64,000 nt of DNA from the human T2T-CHM13v2.0 reference genome, Homo sapiens. The stretch lies in the NCBI RefSeq assembly GCF_009914755.1, contig NC_060938.1; one strand, given 5' to 3'. The position numbers were made by a program, and so were the translations under genes. Position 1 is the stretch's first letter, and each line of letters begins with the position of its first letter. Shown piece after piece: positions 58,822 to 64,000 of the stretch. Below the pieces are notes generated by a model. The model saw nothing but the letters and a program-made list of their open reading frames with translations. It searched no databases and had not been told where the DNA came from.

Positions 58822-60227
58822 ATTTTTGACAGACACAGATCAATTCCCTAATGACTAATGATATTGAGGATCTTTCCATGTGTTTACTTTCTATCTACAT
58901 ATGTTCTTTAGGGAAGAAGTATTCATTTAAGCCATTTGCCTACTTTTATTAGAGTTGCTACATTTATTATCAAGTTTTGAGAGTTCTTATATTTTCTGGA
59001 CACAACTTTTTTGCCAGACATATATTTTGCAAATATTGTTCTCAGTAGTGTCTTATATTTCTATTTGTTTTACAGTGTTTCCTGAGGAACATATGTTTTA
59101 CATTTTGATGAACTCGAGTTGTCAATTTCTACTTTGATGAAACCTGGTGTTTGTGTCATGTCTAAGTAGTATTGAGGTCAAAGACTTTTCTATATTTTCT
59201 CCTATACGTAATTTTTCTTCCTTTTTTTCACTTTGTTTTTACATTTTACATTTAGGCATATGATCTGTACTAAATTAATTTTTGTATCATGAGTTACGTG
59301 TTAAAGTTCTACTTTTTGCATATGAGCATCTAATTGTTCCAGCAGAATTTGTTGAAGGGCTATCTTTTATTTACTGAATTACCTTTGTATCTTTGGAGAA
59401 CACCAATTTACCAAAATTCTGTACATATATTTCTGAATTTTCTATTATCTTCCAATGACATTTCTGTCTATCTTTATGCCAATATCACACTATTTTCATT
59501 ACTGTAGCCTTATAAGCTTTGGCATTAGATTGTGCTAATCCTTCAAAAATATTCTTATTTTTAAGAATTATTTTGGCTATTTTAGACTCTTTGCATTTCT
59601 ACTGAAGTTTTAAAATTAGTGTGTAAATTCCTATAAACAATGCCTAATAATATTTTAATTGGGATTGTATTGAATCTATATTTAGGGATAATCACATTTT
59701 ACCATGTGAATTTTCTAACCCATATTCATATCACATCTTTCCATTTATTTAAGTCTTCTTTAACTTTCTGCAGTGTTTTGAGTTTTAGTGTACCAGACTC
59801 ACATCATTTGATAGATTAATTCCTAATTCTTCTACATTTTTCATGATATTATTAATAGTACTTTTATTTTAATTTTTTATTGTTCATTGCTGGTATATGG
59901 AAATATTAGTTTAATATGTTGCTTTTTTTCTTTTTTATGTTGCTAACTCACTTATTATAGCCAGCAGTGTTTTTGTAGATTTCAGTGGACTTTCTACATA
60001 GACATGCCGTCTATAAATAAAACCAATCTACATTTTCCTTTCCCATCTGTAATTCTTTTGTTTATGTTTTTTGTCTATTTTACTTGGTAGAACGTCTAGT
60101 GGAATGTTAAAACAAAGTGCTAAGAGTTAATGGACTCATCTTGTTCCTGAAATAGGGGGAAATAAACTGATTTTTCTTCATTAAGTATGATGCCAGCTAT
60201 TGTTTTTACATAGATATCTTTTATTAG

Positions 60228-60656
<429 letters not shown>

Positions 60657-60705
60657 ATATTTTTAGTTTTAAACCTATTATTTTGCTTTTGCTTTCTATC
60701 TTTCC

Positions 60706-61321
60706 TGAAGGAATTCAGAACCAGATACCCCGAAACGTGCCACTTTGGCATATTGATTTTTTTGAGTTAAAGACACTTGAAAAATAGCAGATGCAAGAAA
60801 AGCACTCTGATTTTCCTTTAAAGCACTCTGACTTTCCTTTAAAGCACTCTGATTTTCCTTTAAGGCACTCTGATTTTCCTTTAAAGCACTCTGATTTTCC
60901 TTTTTCTTAAAAGTAGGAGGTAAAATTTCTACATGAAAGTTGCCCTCTTTATACAAGAAGGAAAGTAACAGTCTCATCACCCAGGATGAGAAGTTGAGGC
61001 AAGGGAAACCTGTACAAACATACCTTGTTAAACCAACCCTTATCCTGTTAATCACCTCTTCACCCAATTAACTACACTAGTTCCAGCTCCTTTGTCTTGT
61101 CATATTTCACAATTTACTACTCTGTGTCTACTTCAGAACATAAGTGATTATGTCATGGAGTCTTCCTTCCTTAAAGAATCTCTCATGCCACATAATGCAT
61201 GTATTAAATAAATTTGTATGCATTTTCCTGTTGATCTGTCTTATATCAATTTAATTCTCAGGCTTAGCAGAGGAAAAAAAAAAAACTAAGAAGATGGTAA
61301 TAAAATTTTGCTTCCCCTACC
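60706..61321 (+). mobile_element. ERV1 LTR (MER34-like) with an internal 21-bp tandem repeat
   Basis: tgaagg...ccactttggcatattgatt...attaaataaatttgtatgc...cttcccctac; aaagcactctgattttccttt repeated at 60799-60903. Confidence 0.65.
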
Positions 61322-61671
61322 ATCCCATCTGTTTTTTGCTTATTTTCCCTCTTGTTTGCCTTCTTTTCTATGAATTAAATATATTTTACGGTTTCATCTT
61401 ATCTCCTTTTTTACTTGAGAATTAAAACTCTCTATATTGTTAATTTTAATGGTTGCTTTTGAGTTTGTAGTATACATGTTTAACTCATCACATTCTACCT
61501 TCAAATTATAATATACTACTTTACATACAGTATCATGAATAACAACATTTTCATTATTTTATCCTAACTGTTGTTCTGTTATTGTCATGTGATTTATTTT
61601 TATATATGTTTTAAACTCATTATAAATTGTTATTATTCTTGTTTAAATTAGAGGTTAATAATGTTGTTTTC

Positions 61672-61986
<315 letters not shown>

Positions 61987-61989
61987 CAT

Positions 61990-62180
61990 GCTTTCCTTAA
62001 AAGCTAAATATTTTAGGCTTGTGTGCCATTAGGCTCTGTTACAACTACTTAATTCTGCTTTTGTAATTCTATAGCACCCATTGATAATACATAAACAAAT
62101 GAGCATGAATGTATCTCAGTAAAAATTTGTTCACATAAACAGGCAGTCCACCCATGAAGCTATAGCTTGCTGACCCCTTG
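61990..62180. mobile_element. MER58-like hAT DNA transposon remnant
   Basis: aaatattttaggcttg...tagcttgctgacccct terminus. Confidence 0.7.
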
Positions 62181-62620
62181 TTTAAACAATCAATTGAATT
62201 CAAACAGAAATAAAAGGATCTTATATATTTAACCATGTTGATACCATTTCCAGTGCTTTTCATTCTTCTATGTAGATCCAAATTTCCTTTTGATATTATT
62301 TTACGTCTGCCTGAAACATTTTCTTTAACATTTTTTATAGTGCTGTTTTACTGGTGATGATTTATTTCAGGTTCTAAGTGCCAGAACAAAATCTTTATTT
62401 CACCTACATCTTGAAAGATAGTTTCTCTGAGTCTACAATTTCCAGCTGACAATGTTTATCTTCCAGTACTTTAAAGATGTTGCTTCATTATCTTCTAATT
62501 TTCTTTGTTTCCAATAAAATGTTTGCTGGCATTTTTTGTTCCTCTGTGCAAACCGTGTTTTTGTCATTGGCTGCTTTGAGAATTTTTCTTTATCACTAGT
62601 TTTAAGCAATTTTATTTTAG

Positions 62621-63115
<495 letters not shown>

Positions 63116-64000
63116 TTTTCCTTATTTTCAAGTATGCTATTGCGCTCTATGACTGCCAGATGTAATTCTAAAAATCTGTTTGTTAATTTTATTATTTTAT
63201 TTTTGGAATTTCTTCAGACATTGATGGTCTTGTCCCAGTTATTAACAACATCTACATGTTTAAGAATAAATTTTCTTTTCTATCTACTTCTTATTCCATT
63301 GAAAATTACCTTTCTATCCTCCTACTCTGGAAGTCTTTATGATTCTGTCCTAATCGTTAGTATCCCATTGCTTCTTCAAGAGATGTCTATCAGTAGAATT
63401 TCTCCATTAATATAAGTTCATACTTCTATGAAAACTTTAAATCTCAAGTCTACAGTATTTCTAGTTCTAAAAAATATTTAAATTAGTTCTTTAATTATTT
63501 CCATCTTTATGTTTACTTTCCTTTTTTTTCTAGCATTTTAAACAACTTTACGTCAACAATTCTTTATCTTCACTTTACCTCCCTTTACCTTTCTTCATTT
63601 TATCCTAGCCATTGGATTCAGAGAAAATTATTCAACTTTTAAACTTCAAACTTGCTAGATCTATATTTAACTATGTCTATTGTTCTCTTCAGAACATCTG
63701 TTGAGTTTTTAATCCAAGAGCTATTATCAGTATTTTCTAAAATGCAACCTCTTCTTGCATGTCTCTGAAGATATGAATTACACTTACTGTAATTACATTT
63801 GTTTCTTGTCTTAATTCTGATTCTCTGAAATTACTTATTCTGTTTGCTAAGTTTTGTATCTTCTTTCTTGTTTTTCTTAAAAGTTGGGTGACAATATTTT
63901 ACATGGGTAGTTTTTCTGTTAATCATAGCTTATCTCCAATGATTAGGAAAATAACAACTATGAAGTAGGACAAAGTAACCTGGTTTCTTGTGTTTTAGCA

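Noticed and set aside
60696-61067. ORF with KENQSAL heptad repeats resembling a coiled coil
   Set aside because: Antisense translation of a 21-bp tandem repeat in an LTR

Overview
Human/great-ape non-coding DNA with the look of a pericentromeric or acrocentric segmental-duplication mosaic. I found no intact protein-coding gene. 1-19 kb and 48-64 kb are ordinary AT-rich, TE-dense sequence (L1PA/L1PB/L1M, Alu, MaLR and ERV1 LTRs, MER58), including a complete MST provirus with a nested ERV1 LTR and a nested Alu. 19.7-32 kb is a decayed, intron-retaining duplicon with TBC1D26/TBC1D3/USP6-family exons and a two-exon CDRT15/CDRT15L2-like pseudogene. 32.7-48.2 kb is a GC-rich composite of four parts: a ~9.2 kb degenerate 18/19-bp CAGGTG (E-box) minisatellite with three orientation switches and kb-scale higher-order copies; a ~200/215-bp gamma-satellite-like array whose monomers carry a Pol III B-box inside a tRNA T-arm-like hairpin; a subtelomeric TAR1 (TERRA-promoter-type 37/29-bp repeat) fragment inserted cleanly into one monomer; and a REP522/FAM27-like CpG island. 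Family and gene names come from my recall of consensus sequences, not from database searches.
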